Virus record (IMG/VR): IMGVR_UViG_3300028392_000041 | Location: 32,001-96,000 of that record | Reading direction: 5' to 3' (one strand) | From: a virus | DNA length: 64,000 nucleotides | In this document: in pieces, positions 20,259-29,784 of the stretch | How positions within the stretch are numbered: the stretch's first letter is position 1 | Layout of the letters: each line of letters begins with the position of its first letter | The notes under the pieces: generated by a model | Seen by the model: the letters and a program-made list of their open reading frames with translations, nothing else | Databases searched by the model: none | Told to the model about the DNA's origin: nothing | Program-made: the position numbers and the translations under genes

Positions 20259-21839
20259 ATGACAATGCAAGAACTTCTTAAGTTGCAAGCTGCGATGACA
20301 GAGAAAAACACTCTGTCCATCAATTTAAACACGCATGCAGCAAACGATCTAAAGGTTGATGTTAAGAAGTTATCTGAAGCGCAGGTCAAAGCAGCAAATG
20401 ATGAAGAATACAAAAAGAAACGCGAAGAGCAAGTAACTGATAGTCTAAAGCAATTAAATGCGACAATTAAAGAAGCAATCAAAAATGGTCTTGGCGCAGC
20501 AACTGCATCAAGAATTGGTGAAAATGATGAATCTAGACAAAATGTCGCTGGAGCAAATAGTAAATTAAGAGAATTAATGCTTGGTGGTAAAAAAGGCGAC
20601 GAACAAGTACAAAGTATAACTGGTATTCGTGGTGCAATTGATAAGTGGCTTGGTAAAAGAGAAGAAAAAGCAGCACTTAAACAAGAGAAAAAAGAATTCG
20701 TTCAAGGTGCTCTTGGTAATGATAAGCGAGCAATTGCGTTAAAGAATCTAAAAGGCGAAGATTATGCTAAGGCTGACGCTGAGAAGAGATTCGAAGAAAT
20801 TAAAGCAAAAGAAAAAGAAATAGCAGAAGCACAAAGAAGAGTTGATGCTTCTAAAGCAGCTGGATATGCTCCAAAGAAAAAAGATCTAGAAGCAGTGGAC
20901 AAGGGAACAAAAGAACTTGCCACTATGGATCCAAGAATGAAGTCAACTCTAACTAGAACTGCTCAAGAAGAAGCGCAAGAGTTTGATAAGAAAGCGAAAT
21001 TAGATACAGTAAAAGCACAAGGTGACGAAGTAACAATCGAGCGTGGTATTGGCAAGTCATTAATAGACTCGCTTGATGTTCAGAAACAACAGCTCGCAGC
21101 ATTACAACAACTTGTTGAACTTGGTGGTTCTGGTGGAGGAAGTGGTAGTGCTTCTTCTGTTGCTGCAGATTTAGCAGAAGCTGCTGTAGACAGTGCTGGT
21201 AATGGTAAAGGTGGCAAAGGTAAAATGCTTGGTAAGGCAGGTAAATTTTTGGCCAGAAATGCTGGTAAGATAGGTGCTATCGGAGCAGTTGGTATGGGTG
21301 CTTATGAAGCATATAGTGGGTATAATGATGCTGAGGAAGCAGTTCAGCGTGGTGAAATAACCAAAGAAGAAGGACAGGTTAAAAAAGGTGAGGCAGTTGG
21401 AGGTGGTGTTGGTGGCGCAGGTGGTGCACTTGCTGGTGCTGCTGCAGGTGCTGCAATTGGTTCTGTCGTTCCTGTGGTTGGAACTGCCATCGGTGGTTTA
21501 ATCGGTGGTGCTCTAGGATATTATGGTGGTTCAAAAGTTGGTACTGCTGTTGGTGGCGCAGGTGTTAAAGCAGCACAAGGATTCCAAGCTGGAGATACAG
21601 TTGCTTATGATGAGATGGGTAATCCTATTGGATCTGCTCCTACATCCTCGGAGAAAATAGAAACTGGTTCTAAAACAAATGAATCATTAAAAGTTAAAAC
21701 AAGCTCTGCTCCAACTGTTGTTAATGCTCCAACAACAATTAATAATAACGGTAGTAAGGGTGGTTCAGTTGACATTAGATCACCACTCCGTAATCAAGAA
21801 TCAAGCGTAAATAGTTACATTTCCAATCGCTACGCATAA
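20259..21839 (+). CDS. Probable tape-measure/hub protein (gp29-like)
   Basis: Long coiled coil plus Gly-zipper hydrophobic segment; VVNAPTTINN tail; follows gp26/gp51. Confidence 0.55.
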   Translation: MTMQELLKLQAAMTEKNTLSINLNTHAANDLKVDVKKLSEAQVKAANDEEYKKKREEQVTDSLKQLNATIKEAIKNGLGAATASRIGENDESRQNVAGANSKLRELMLGGKKGDEQVQSITGIRGAIDKWLGKREEKAALKQEKKEFVQGALGNDKRAIALKNLKGEDYAKADAEKRFEEIKAKEKEIAEAQRRVDASKAAGYAPKKKDLEAVDKGTKELATMDPRMKSTLTRTAQEEAQEFDKKAKLDTVKAQGDEVTIERGIGKSLIDSLDVQKQQLAALQQLVELGGSGGGSGSASSVAADLAEAAVDSAGNGKGGKGKMLGKAGKFLARNAGKIGAIGAVGMGAYEAYSGYNDAEEAVQRGEITKEEGQVKKGEAVGGGVGGAGGALAGAAAGAAIGSVVPVVGTAIGGLIGGALGYYGGSKVGTAVGGAGVKAAQGFQAGDTVAYDEMGNPIGSAPTSSEKIETGSKTNESLKVKTSSAPTVVNAPTTINNNGSKGGSVDIRSPLRNQESSVNSYISNRYA

Positions 21840-21865
21840 AAAAAGGGATCCGAAGATCCCTTTTT
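21838..21865. terminator. Bidirectional intrinsic terminator with C(UUCG)G loop on the minus strand
   Basis: A7-GGGATC-CGAA-GATCCC-T5 between convergent genes. Confidence 0.9.
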
Positions 21866-21868
21866 CAT

Positions 21869-21940
21869 TTACTTGTTCATTACATACATTGTAACTTCGA
21901 ACCCAAATCTCATTTCTGTAGCAGCTGGTTTAGTCCACAT
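21869..21940 (-). CDS. pqqA: PQQ precursor peptide PqqA
   Basis: MWTKPAATEMRFGFEVTMYVMNK*; ExxxY core (EVTMY); GGAGA Shine-Dalgarno just upstream. Confidence 0.93.
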   Translation of the reverse strand: MWTKPAATEMRFGFEVTMYVMNK

Positions 21941-22039
21941 AACAATCTCCAAAAGATTGACAGCAAATCCTGTCACATTTACTTATAATATAAGAGCAGG
22001 ATTTGCCTAAGTGAATCTATTAAACTCTACTAATGAAAA

Positions 22040-22969
22040 TTATGCTTCGTCAGCGATTTTCTGGAAGTAAGACATGACATCTTCGTCATCGTCATTAATC
22101 TCAGGTGCTTTAGAAACTGTTACTGGCTTAGATGCTACAGTAGTGGCAGTTGACTTTGGAGCAACATAATCATCATCTTCAGACAAGGCTGCAGCTGACT
22201 TAATAGGTGTTCCTTCACCATCTAACACATCTGACAGTTTCTTAGTCAGTTCTTCAAAAGATTTGAAGTTTTTACGATCTAAGAACTCAGACAACTTGTA
22301 AGATTTGTTTAGAATCTCAACCATCTTTTCTTCATCACCAGATGCCAACTCAGTTGGATCCATAAAAGTGGATTGGTCATAATTAGCATAACCATCTACC
22401 TTACGCATACGCAACTTAAAGTCTGCGCCTTCGAATGGATCGAAGACATTAACTGGCTTCTCATCTTCAAAAGTCGGACGAGCTTTATCCATGATTTTAT
22501 CAAAGATTTTCTTACCAAACTTAAACAAGCGAACTTGTCCTTCATTCTCTGGATGCTTTGGATCAGAAACGATCAAAACATTACAGATGTAAGATAACTT
22601 ACGCTTTTGTTTACGAGCAATTTCCTTGTTGGCATCAGAACCAGAATTCCACAATTTAGAATTCAATTCACCGACAGGATCTTTCTCACCAAGAGTGGTA
22701 AGAGAGTTCTCGATATACCACTTACCAGTTGGACCCTGGAAGGAGTGGTTAAAGATACGAACCCATGGGAGTTCGTCACCTTCTACGCGAGGTAGAAAAC
22801 GCAGTGTGGCTGTACCATTACCAGCCTTATCGGCTTCTAGTTTCCACATTCTGTCGTCTTGGTAGGATTTTTTGCCACCGCCAGATTCGGGGTTAGCAAT
22901 TTTTTCGAATTCGGAAGTGATTTTACCGAAATCTGTGTTACGCATTTTGCGAAGTGCTTGAATGTCCAT
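22040..22969 (-). CDS. Single-stranded DNA-binding protein gp32
   Basis: DKAGNG.A.LRFLP, GKWYIENSLTTLG..DPV, FKFGKKIFDKI, acidic tail. Confidence 0.95.
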   Translation of the reverse strand: MDIQALRKMRNTDFGKITSEFEKIANPESGGGKKSYQDDRMWKLEADKAGNGTATLRFLPRVEGDELPWVRIFNHSFQGPTGKWYIENSLTTLGEKDPVGELNSKLWNSGSDANKEIARKQKRKLSYICNVLIVSDPKHPENEGQVRLFKFGKKIFDKIMDKARPTFEDEKPVNVFDPFEGADFKLRMRKVDGYANYDQSTFMDPTELASGDEEKMVEILNKSYKLSEFLDRKNFKSFEELTKKLSDVLDGEGTPIKSAAALSEDDDYVAPKSTATTVASKPVTVSKAPEINDDDEDVMSYFQKIADEA

Positions 22970-22992
22970 CGTATTTCCTTTGTATAAATGTA

Positions 22993-23196
22993 TTAATATG
23001 TTTTTGTATTAGTATTATCGTCTTCATCGTATGTTTCAAAATCATAATCTAAGTCTTGCTCATCATAATATTCTTCAACATAACTATTTAGTACTTTCAT
23101 ACCTTTACCTTTTTGGTTCTTGGAATGTTTAGTTTTTTTAAACTTACCAGTAACCTCTACTTCATCTTCGAAGTGAAGATCTATCTTGCGATTCAT
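22993..23196 (-). CDS. Hypothetical protein
   Basis: Packed ORF between gp59 and gp32. Confidence 0.5.
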   Translation of the reverse strand: MNRKIDLHFEDEVEVTGKFKKTKHSKNQKGKGMKVLNSYVEEYYDEQDLDYDFETYDEDDNTNTKTY

Positions 23197-23197
23197 A

Positions 23198-23809
23198 TCA
23201 GTGCAACTCTAAAATTTCCTGTTTAAAATTCTCATAGACACGCAAGAGTCGTTCGGTATTAAACTTCACGAAACCCTTACATTTATCTATTCTACGGCAT
23301 TCTTCTCCCAAAAGCAAATTTAATTGCGAAGGTATTCTTGCAATGTAATTCGTATAAGAATCTAAAATTACCATAGTTTCTATTGTGATATAACCACCGA
23401 GATATAATTTAAATAACTCAGGGAAATCACTACCACTCTTTTCATATAGATGATTCTCAGATAAACCCTCTTTCTCTAGATGCAAGCAGATTGCATGTAA
23501 GTCGTTTTCAAAAACTTGTGACATACTTTCTTTTCGTTTATTCCAAGTACTTAAATTACGCTCACCCTCTCCTGGGTCATAGACAACTTCATTATTTCCG
23601 TAAGCAAAATTAGCAACAAAATATTGAATCACATCCCTTTCGGTTGGAAACTTTCTTGCCAATTTTTCAAAGATAAACCTATCATTACGATTATAAAAAG
23701 TGTCTCGAGCACCTTTTACATGACCACGATTGTTAAACACATTATACGCATTCGTAGTAAAGTGTAACTTCACAGCCATATAAAGTTTCCATACCTTATA
23801 TCCGTCCAC
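23198..23809 (-). CDS. Helicase loader gp59
   Basis: Y.AVKLHF....Y, RNDRFIFEKLARK, ITIETMVILD. Confidence 0.85.
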   Translation of the reverse strand: MDGYKVWKLYMAVKLHFTTNAYNVFNNRGHVKGARDTFYNRNDRFIFEKLARKFPTERDVIQYFVANFAYGNNEVVYDPGEGERNLSTWNKRKESMSQVFENDLHAICLHLEKEGLSENHLYEKSGSDFPELFKLYLGGYITIETMVILDSYTNYIARIPSQLNLLLGEECRRIDKCKGFVKFNTERLLRVYENFKQEILELH

Positions 23810-23970
23810 GATTTAATTTCCTACAATCAGTTCTCACTTCAATTGGGAAATCTGGAGAGATTTCCGCCAATCTACAATCATAAACTACTACGCCATGTTT
23901 AGGGATTGCTAAGAACATAGTTCCCCAAACCAGCGTAAAAGCAAAAATAACAGCAAGCGTCAATTTCAAA

Positions 23971-24210
23971 TTAAACATCAAGTTGTGCCGTTTTCGGTAG
24001 GTGTCCACTCTGTTGAAAATCCATCTTCATTTTTTCTTTGAGGGACTTGTTAATCAAAGATTTAATTTCTTCAGGGTCAATGAAGTTTTCCTTACAATAT
24101 TCCAAGATAGCATCGACATGGGTACACTTCTTGTCTCTTGCCAATTGTTCTATATAAAGAGAAAACGACTTTGAATCTTCAAATACTTTTAAGTTTGTTG
24201 ATGTAGGCAT
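23971..24210 (-). CDS. Late transcription coactivator gp33
   Basis: FSLYIE, DAILEYC.EN.IDPE, LKEK. Confidence 0.85.
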   Translation of the reverse strand: MPTSTNLKVFEDSKSFSLYIEQLARDKKCTHVDAILEYCKENFIDPEEIKSLINKSLKEKMKMDFQQSGHLPKTAQLDV

Positions 24211-24948
24211 TTGCTGTTGTGATTACCTCGTTTAGTTCGCTATACTCTCGCGATTTTGATTTATAGAGTTTCCAAACTGGGGTATCAGTTTCTTCAGGAT
24301 TCATTTTTCGGTCAAACATATCAAGATACTTGTCAAACCAACGATCCATTACTTTTCGTTGCTTAATCAAAGAAAGATGAATTTTCTCTAATGCTACGAT
24401 ATCTCTATCCATTGCGCAAAGGGAAAACTTCTCTTGATACTCATATTTACTCAACTCCATCACAGGCTCCTTTTCTATAGTCCTAAGACTATTATACCCT
24501 ATTTACGAATTAATGTCAAGCATTATTTTCGACCTGTAGGAGAGTCTCCATGCTTGGTTGCAGCGTATAGCATACACATAGTGCCTTGAGAGTCGTAGGC
24601 GCATTTAATTGCAACTGGGTCAACACCCTTTACAATACCATTTTCAATATTTGCAGACATGAGTCGGTCTTTTTGCAAATTATAGTATGCAATAGAACTA
24701 ATCGCTGTCATCAAAACCACAGTCGTACAAATTACAAATAAGTTTCTTTCAGTCATAATAAAACATCCTTTTATTTTGTTAATAAGATCCATCATCGATA
24801 ACTATCCTTACTGTTAGTGGACCAACAGTGGCACAAATTACATGCCTTGCTGGATCCATATCATCTGGACCACGCACATCAAAATCAATTCTCCAGTGAT
24901 ATGGGTTTACCGCAAGCGAAATCCAAACACCTGAATATTTTAACCAAT

Positions 24949-25527
24949 TCATTTTAAATCCTTTACTAAGTCGCATAGTCCAAGTTTCTGTGCTTCCTGA
25001 GCAGATAACCAAATATCCTGCGGAGGAAGAAGTGTTTCTCTAATTTTTGGTTCAGTTAAACCTGTCACTTTTTTATAGTGAGCAATCATTCGTTTTGTTG
25101 TCAAATCGAATTCTTTAACTGTCGCAAATAACTCATGCTCTTTGCCAAACGCACCCCAAGAATATTGGTGCGATAAAATTGAAGTGTTCGGTGTAAGAAT
25201 TCGTTGTCCTTTAGTTCCTGAAGCAAAGATCAATAGACCTGCCGAAGAAACCTGCCCCAAACCGATTGTTCGAATTGGAATAGAAGAACCACGCATCGTG
25301 TCAATAACTGCGAACGCAGCATTCAAATCGCCACCTGGAGAGCAGATAATTAAATTTAACAACTCTGGTGTTTCAGCAGTGAAGTTTGATTCAAGTATCC
25401 ATTCTACCAATGGTTTTACCGAAGAAAGGGAAACTTCTTCCATAAGAAGAAAGAATCCGTGAGTAGATTTATCACCCTCTTTGAGAAAATCTAAATTCAA
25501 TTTTTGCATCATACTATTTGCCATCAA
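24949..25527 (-). CDS. ClpP-like protease subunit
   Basis: I.SPGG, G.VSSAG (catalytic Ser), SHQ (His), D.WLSA.EA...GL.D. Confidence 0.85.
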   Translation of the reverse strand: MMANSMMQKLNLDFLKEGDKSTHGFFLLMEEVSLSSVKPLVEWILESNFTAETPELLNLIICSPGGDLNAAFAVIDTMRGSSIPIRTIGLGQVSSAGLLIFASGTKGQRILTPNTSILSHQYSWGAFGKEHELFATVKEFDLTTKRMIAHYKKVTGLTEPKIRETLLPPQDIWLSAQEAQKLGLCDLVKDLK

Positions 25528-25535
25528 TTACTCCA

Positions 25536-26075
25536 TTAGGGTTTATAAAAAATATGTCTACCAATCGTTACTGTTTTCTCTAATTTCCATCTAGGATTAA
25601 CATAATCCGCATGATAAAATAAAGCACCTTGAGTGTTATCTATCATATTACCATAGTTCATGTAAACATAAACTGCCACATCTTGCGCTTCTTTATAGAC
25701 TTCTTTTTGTCTATCATTAAAATAATTAGTTTTATATAGCGATGTCATTTGCAATTTAGCATTACACCACCAAGAGAACTGACAAGTGTTTTGAGTTTTT
25801 TGTTTCACAACACTGCAAACAGAATCTTCAAATCCTTTATTAACTCTGTTCATTGTAACCAGCCCTACCGCAATCTTTCCATCTTTTGGTTCATAGGCTG
25901 ATTCAAAATATATGTTGTCTGCCAAGCATTCGACTTCTTTTTTAGCCGATGGGGTCAGATCTGAATAATCAATTCCACTTAACGGAATTACATTTTTACC
26001 ATTTAAAGCAATCACTGGAGCAATAATAATCAAACTTAGTATAGTTAATGTCGTATATAATATTTTCTTATGCAT
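25536..26075 (-). CDS. Cell wall hydrolase SleB-like (Hydrolase_2)
   Basis: CLA.NIYFE, AVG.VT.NRV, CQFSW, GALFYHADYVNPRW, IGRHIFY. Confidence 0.9.
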   Translation of the reverse strand: MHKKILYTTLTILSLIIIAPVIALNGKNVIPLSGIDYSDLTPSAKKEVECLADNIYFESAYEPKDGKIAVGLVTMNRVNKGFEDSVCSVVKQKTQNTCQFSWWCNAKLQMTSLYKTNYFNDRQKEVYKEAQDVAVYVYMNYGNMIDNTQGALFYHADYVNPRWKLEKTVTIGRHIFYKP

Positions 26076-26095
26076 TACATCTCCTTAATGTGCAG

Positions 26096-26119
26096 AAGAA
26101 AGGTGTGCGAACACACCTT
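26096..26119 (-). terminator. UUCG hairpin terminator
   Basis: AAGGTGTG-CGAA-CACACCTT with a pyrimidine tail on the minus strand. Confidence 0.65.
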
Positions 26120-26132
26120 CCAATCCCATTTA

Positions 26133-26405
26133 TCAGGTGGACTTTTTCGTAGTCTTAGTATCTAGGGGAATATTTGAAACAAAACCATTTAGGGTTTGAG
26201 CCTTTGCAATGATTTCAGTTTCTGATGGATAAGCTGGAAATCCTGGATGAACAGGCAACTCCCCACCATTGATTTTAGCAACTTCTAGTTGAGCATGCCA
26301 ACTATTGCTAATTACTTCACGCTTACCGTAGTATTCATCGTTAAGCATGTCTTTCGCCATTTTTAAAAGTTCAAGGCGAATCTCGAACGGAGTCATGTTA
26401 CTCAT
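26133..26405 (-). CDS. Conserved hypothetical phage protein
   Basis: TPFEIRLELLKMAK...EIIAKA..LN.FVS. Confidence 0.6.
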   Translation of the reverse strand: MSNMTPFEIRLELLKMAKDMLNDEYYGKREVISNSWHAQLEVAKINGGELPVHPGFPAYPSETEIIAKAQTLNGFVSNIPLDTKTTKKST

Positions 26406-26493
26406 ATTAATTCCTTTGTGTGTTAATGAGTTGTGTGTAATGACAGTTTTTTATATGGTTACTGCCACCATATCCCATCCCTGGGACATAATA

Positions 26494-26667
26494 TTATTTA
26501 GGTGCTTCTGCTTTTTTCTTTGGAGTTGGTTTAGGACTCTTTGGAGCAGCAGGACAATTACCTTTCTTGTCCTTTGTTACACAGTTCGTTTCTTCTTTCT
26601 TTGCTGGTTCAGCAGCAAAAGTTGAGAAAGAAAATGCTAAAGCAGTAAGTAAGATAATTGTCTTCAT
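26494..26667 (-). CDS. Small secreted Lys/Pro-rich protein (57 aa)
   Basis: Read by hand: MKTIILLTALAFSFSTFA-AEPAKKEETNCVTKDKKGNCPAAPKSPKPTPKKKAEAPK*; signal peptide; AAGGA RBS. Confidence 0.7.
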   Translation of the reverse strand: MKTIILLTALAFSFSTFAAEPAKKEETNCVTKDKKGNCPAAPKSPKPTPKKKAEAPK

Positions 26668-26676
26668 AGTAATTCC

Positions 26677-27120
26677 TTAGAATGAATATTTCAAGCCAGC
26701 AATAACAGTACTACCATCTAAAGAACTAACTTTAGATTGTCCTGCTTGATAACGATAATCAGCAGTGAGAGCAACTTGTTTGCTTAATGGATAAGAAACA
26801 CCAGCACCAACTAATGCAGCATAGCCATCAGTTGTATTCTTTTGATCCAAGTAAGCAACTCCACCTTTAACTGCGATGGTCGCTGCACCAACTGTTGCAA
26901 CATCATACGAACCAACTAAAGTGTACTTGTTCATGTCAGTTCCAGTTTTGTATTGATCAAATCCAGCAGTGATGCCTACTTTATCAAACTTCTGTCCAAC
27001 AGTAATACCTACACCAGTACGATCTGTATTGGCAGTATCGCGACTTGCGTTGATACCTAGTTCAACTGCTTGAACACCCATAGATGCCAATAATGCTGCG
27101 ATTAAAATAACTTTTTTCAT
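26677..27120 (-). CDS. Outer-membrane beta-barrel protein (8-stranded, OmpA/Ail-like)
   Basis: Signal peptide, alternating amphipathic strands, C-terminal AGLKYSF beta-signal. Confidence 0.8.
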   Translation of the reverse strand: MKKVILIAALLASMGVQAVELGINASRDTANTDRTGVGITVGQKFDKVGITAGFDQYKTGTDMNKYTLVGSYDVATVGAATIAVKGGVAYLDQKNTTDGYAALVGAGVSYPLSKQVALTADYRYQAGQSKVSSLDGSTVIAGLKYSF

Positions 27121-27140
27121 TTAATTCCCTTTTTAAAAAA

Positions 27141-27433
27141 TATGGTAACTTATTCTGTTACGAGGAAAGTTACCGAAACCCTAGTCAGCGATTAAGCTGC
27201 CAATGCGAACTGTGAGTCGTTTGCGTTTACTTTTGTTTAGTTTTAACATCTACTCTGATGGGTTGTCCACTTCTATACTTGTTACCCTGTCGAAACCTAG
27301 TCACCCCCATCAGAAGCACACCCATTAGAGCCCATAAAATGGTTTCTTTCATCTAACACATGCACTTCTGGTGGAGGTGGGGAGAATCGAACTCCCGTCC
27401 AGAATACTTTTCTAGTTGCTTCACACAACCATT
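27141..27433 (-). ncRNA. ssrA: Circularly permuted (two-piece) tmRNA, tag (A)ANDSQFALAA
   Basis: Acceptor piece ending TTCGATTCTCCCCACCTCCACCA (3' end 27369) lies upstream of the coding piece starting GGGGGTGACTAGGTTTCGAC (27308); G3.U70 pair; tag ORF 27224-27192; outer limits approximate. Confidence 0.92.
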
Positions 27434-27468
27434 CACCTATTATACATTATATATTTATTATAGTCAAA

Positions 27469-28119
27469 TTAAATACCTTTTAATTGCAAATATTCTTTGC
27501 GAAGATCTTTAAAATGTCCAATCCATTCATTCCTACGCTCTTCAAACACTTGTGGGGTATAATTATCAACCCCAACTATAATTACAAGTCTATTAACAGG
27601 AATTCCTGTCAACTCCTCAAACATAACTGCATATGCAGAAGTCTGCATAAAGTAACCATGAATCCAATCACGATTTTTAAGTTTAGATGATGTTTTAAAA
27701 TCAATGATAGATAACCTACCTTTATACTCAGCAATACAGTCAACAGTTCCTGCAACTTGTAGATGGTGAGAATAAAGCGGACTCTCTAACGCATGTATAT
27801 TATCTATATTATTTAATTCTGGGACGAGACTTTTAAATAGGTGCGAATCAAAGAAATCTGGTTGAGTAGGTTCTCCACGCAAATAGGATTCGCAGAGGGA
27901 GTGAATTTTGGTTCCTCTTGATGCTGCTCTGGTGGAGATTTTGTTTGCTTCTTCTTCTCCGACTCTTTTTCGCCAATCAAGGATTCCCTGTTTTGAGTGC
28001 AATCCAGTAACTGTGGTAACGGAGGGATAGGATTTACCCGAAGGTGTGCGGTATAACCTGCCTTCGGGACTATCGATACGCTCCAGTTTCGCAAATTCAT
28101 GATCAATAAATGTTTTCAT
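27469..28119 (-). CDS. PD-(D/E)XK exonuclease
   Basis: YPSVTTV, RGT.IH, AGTVDC, IIDFKTS, Q.SAYA. Confidence 0.85.
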   Translation of the reverse strand: MKTFIDHEFAKLERIDSPEGRLYRTPSGKSYPSVTTVTGLHSKQGILDWRKRVGEEEANKISTRAASRGTKIHSLCESYLRGEPTQPDFFDSHLFKSLVPELNNIDNIHALESPLYSHHLQVAGTVDCIAEYKGRLSIIDFKTSSKLKNRDWIHGYFMQTSAYAVMFEELTGIPVNRLVIIVGVDNYTPQVFEERRNEWIGHFKDLRKEYLQLKGI

Positions 28120-28739
28120 TATGTAAGTAAATTAATGCATTCCTCATAGTGTTTAATACGATCTTCAAGACCAATGTATCCACCATTAATCTTTTTAGTC
28201 ATTAACTTAATATCACCATTGTCAGCTTGAACATTTAACTTGTTCGCATTCCAAAACCAAATTGCTGACATAAGAGCAAAGTCGCGATCAGCAGTTACCC
28301 AGTCAGGATTATCAACAACATTCTGCCAGTCATCAAACATCTCTTGAGCAAATTTAGTATAGTTCGCACGACCAGTCAACTGAATTGGTCCACGACCACG
28401 ATATCTATATCCATCACCAGATTCTGGACCACCATTACCCATGCGATTAGCATAGATCTTATTAGCAATCATTTCTGGATGACGAGCATAAGGTGTTGCA
28501 GATTCAATAGTAGGGAAATACTTCTTGAAAATACTGTTTAATCCTTGTGCGGAATAGTTTAGGTTTTCTTCAAACACAGTCCAACCACCAGACTCATGCC
28601 CACACTGAGCAAGAAATGCTGCGACACGATGTGGTGTATTAATATCGTAAGTTGGAAACACATTATTCATTGCCTCAGCCCAGCCATCTGGATCTTGCGC
28701 TCTTGGAAATAAGTGTTTAAATTGATCTCCTGTAATCAT
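28119..28739 (-). CDS. GH19 (chitinase-class) endolysin
   Basis: FLAQCGHESG, EENLNYS, YRGRGPIQLTG, INGG..GLEDR. Confidence 0.92.
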   Translation of the reverse strand: MITGDQFKHLFPRAQDPDGWAEAMNNVFPTYDINTPHRVAAFLAQCGHESGGWTVFEENLNYSAQGLNSIFKKYFPTIESATPYARHPEMIANKIYANRMGNGGPESGDGYRYRGRGPIQLTGRANYTKFAQEMFDDWQNVVDNPDWVTADRDFALMSAIWFWNANKLNVQADNGDIKLMTKKINGGYIGLEDRIKHYEECINLLT

Positions 28740-29503
28740 TTTCTGTCCTCGTAATCTTCGTATTTTAATTTAGCCAAGATATAATCTTTGACTAACGATG
28801 AGCGAACAATATCATTTACAGTAAATTCAATTCGAGTAAATGCCGACATATGTTGGGCAATATCAAAGAATTTAAGAATACCAGTAACATCGTTCTTTCT
28901 TTTATTTAGATCAGTTTGGCGATAGTCTCCACACCAAATAATCTTAGACATATGACCAACACGAGTCATAACTGTGTCAATTTCTTCATATGTCAAATTC
29001 TGCATCTCGTCAACAATAATAATAGCATTGTCGAAAGACATACCACGGATGAAGGATGTAGAAATAAATTGAATATAACCTTGTTCTTCCAAACGATCCC
29101 AAGCATCCTTGCGGTCAAATAACTGATGACAAATCTGACGATAAGGTTGTTCGTAGATTTCCATTTTCTCACCAACATCTCCTGGAAGATGACCAATCTC
29201 TCTAGATTGAACTGCTGAACGAACAACAATAATCTTATTGAATGGATTTGATTTATCAAGCACTTCTTCTATTGCTTTATAAAGTGCGATAAAAGTTTTA
29301 CCTGTTCCTGCTACACCATGAAGTGCTACAAAATAATCACCACGCTTATACGCATCATAAAATAACTTTTGATTTTCAGTTAATGGTTGAAAAGTTTTTA
29401 AATTATCTAATCTTACTTTTAACTGATTGCTTGCTATTGGCTTTGACTCACGAATTTCATTATTATCTTTTTCTACTACTGAAAGTGGCGATTTACGAGC
29501 CAT
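28736..29503 (-). CDS. phoH: PhoH-like ATPase
   Basis: GVAGTGKT, GHLPG, RGMSF, DEMQN, GDYRQTDL, DIVRS. Confidence 0.93.
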   Translation of the reverse strand: MARKSPLSVVEKDNNEIRESKPIASNQLKVRLDNLKTFQPLTENQKLFYDAYKRGDYFVALHGVAGTGKTFIALYKAIEEVLDKSNPFNKIIVVRSAVQSREIGHLPGDVGEKMEIYEQPYRQICHQLFDRKDAWDRLEEQGYIQFISTSFIRGMSFDNAIIIVDEMQNLTYEEIDTVMTRVGHMSKIIWCGDYRQTDLNKRKNDVTGILKFFDIAQHMSAFTRIEFTVNDIVRSSLVKDYILAKLKYEDYEDRK

Positions 29504-29512
29504 TTAAATTCC

Positions 29513-29761
29513 TTAAATTTGTGAAGATGTTTTATCGAAATCTGCGTAGGTAGTTTTCTCTTTAATTTTTTGTAGCACCTCCTTGAATCCTGAATCTTTT
29601 TTACGGACACCTAGTCGGACAGGATCACCCATAGGAATAGGGGTGTCGTGGTATCTTTCGTGGGTTGGATTTGTTTCTTTGTACTGATCGTACTCTGAAA
29701 TTTTCATAATAACATCAAAAATCTCGTCAGTTTCCGTATTACGGAATCTATATGTTGGCAT
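29513..29761 (-). CDS. FmdB-like small protein
   Basis: MPTY.F start, GFKEVL.KIK; zinc-binding cysteines absent. Confidence 0.55.
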   Translation of the reverse strand: MPTYRFRNTETDEIFDVIMKISEYDQYKETNPTHERYHDTPIPMGDPVRLGVRKKDSGFKEVLQKIKEKTTYADFDKTSSQI

Positions 29762-29784
29762 CGTAAAACTCCTTATAATTCTAT

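Noticed and set aside
26494-26667. Methanol dehydrogenase small subunit MxaI
   Set aside because: Only a C..GNC resemblance; lacks YDGT and WEPKPG motifs and is too short
27469-28119. Cas4 or CRISPR-associated role for the exonuclease
   Set aside because: No Fe-S cysteine cluster; standard T4-like PD-(D/E)XK nuclease
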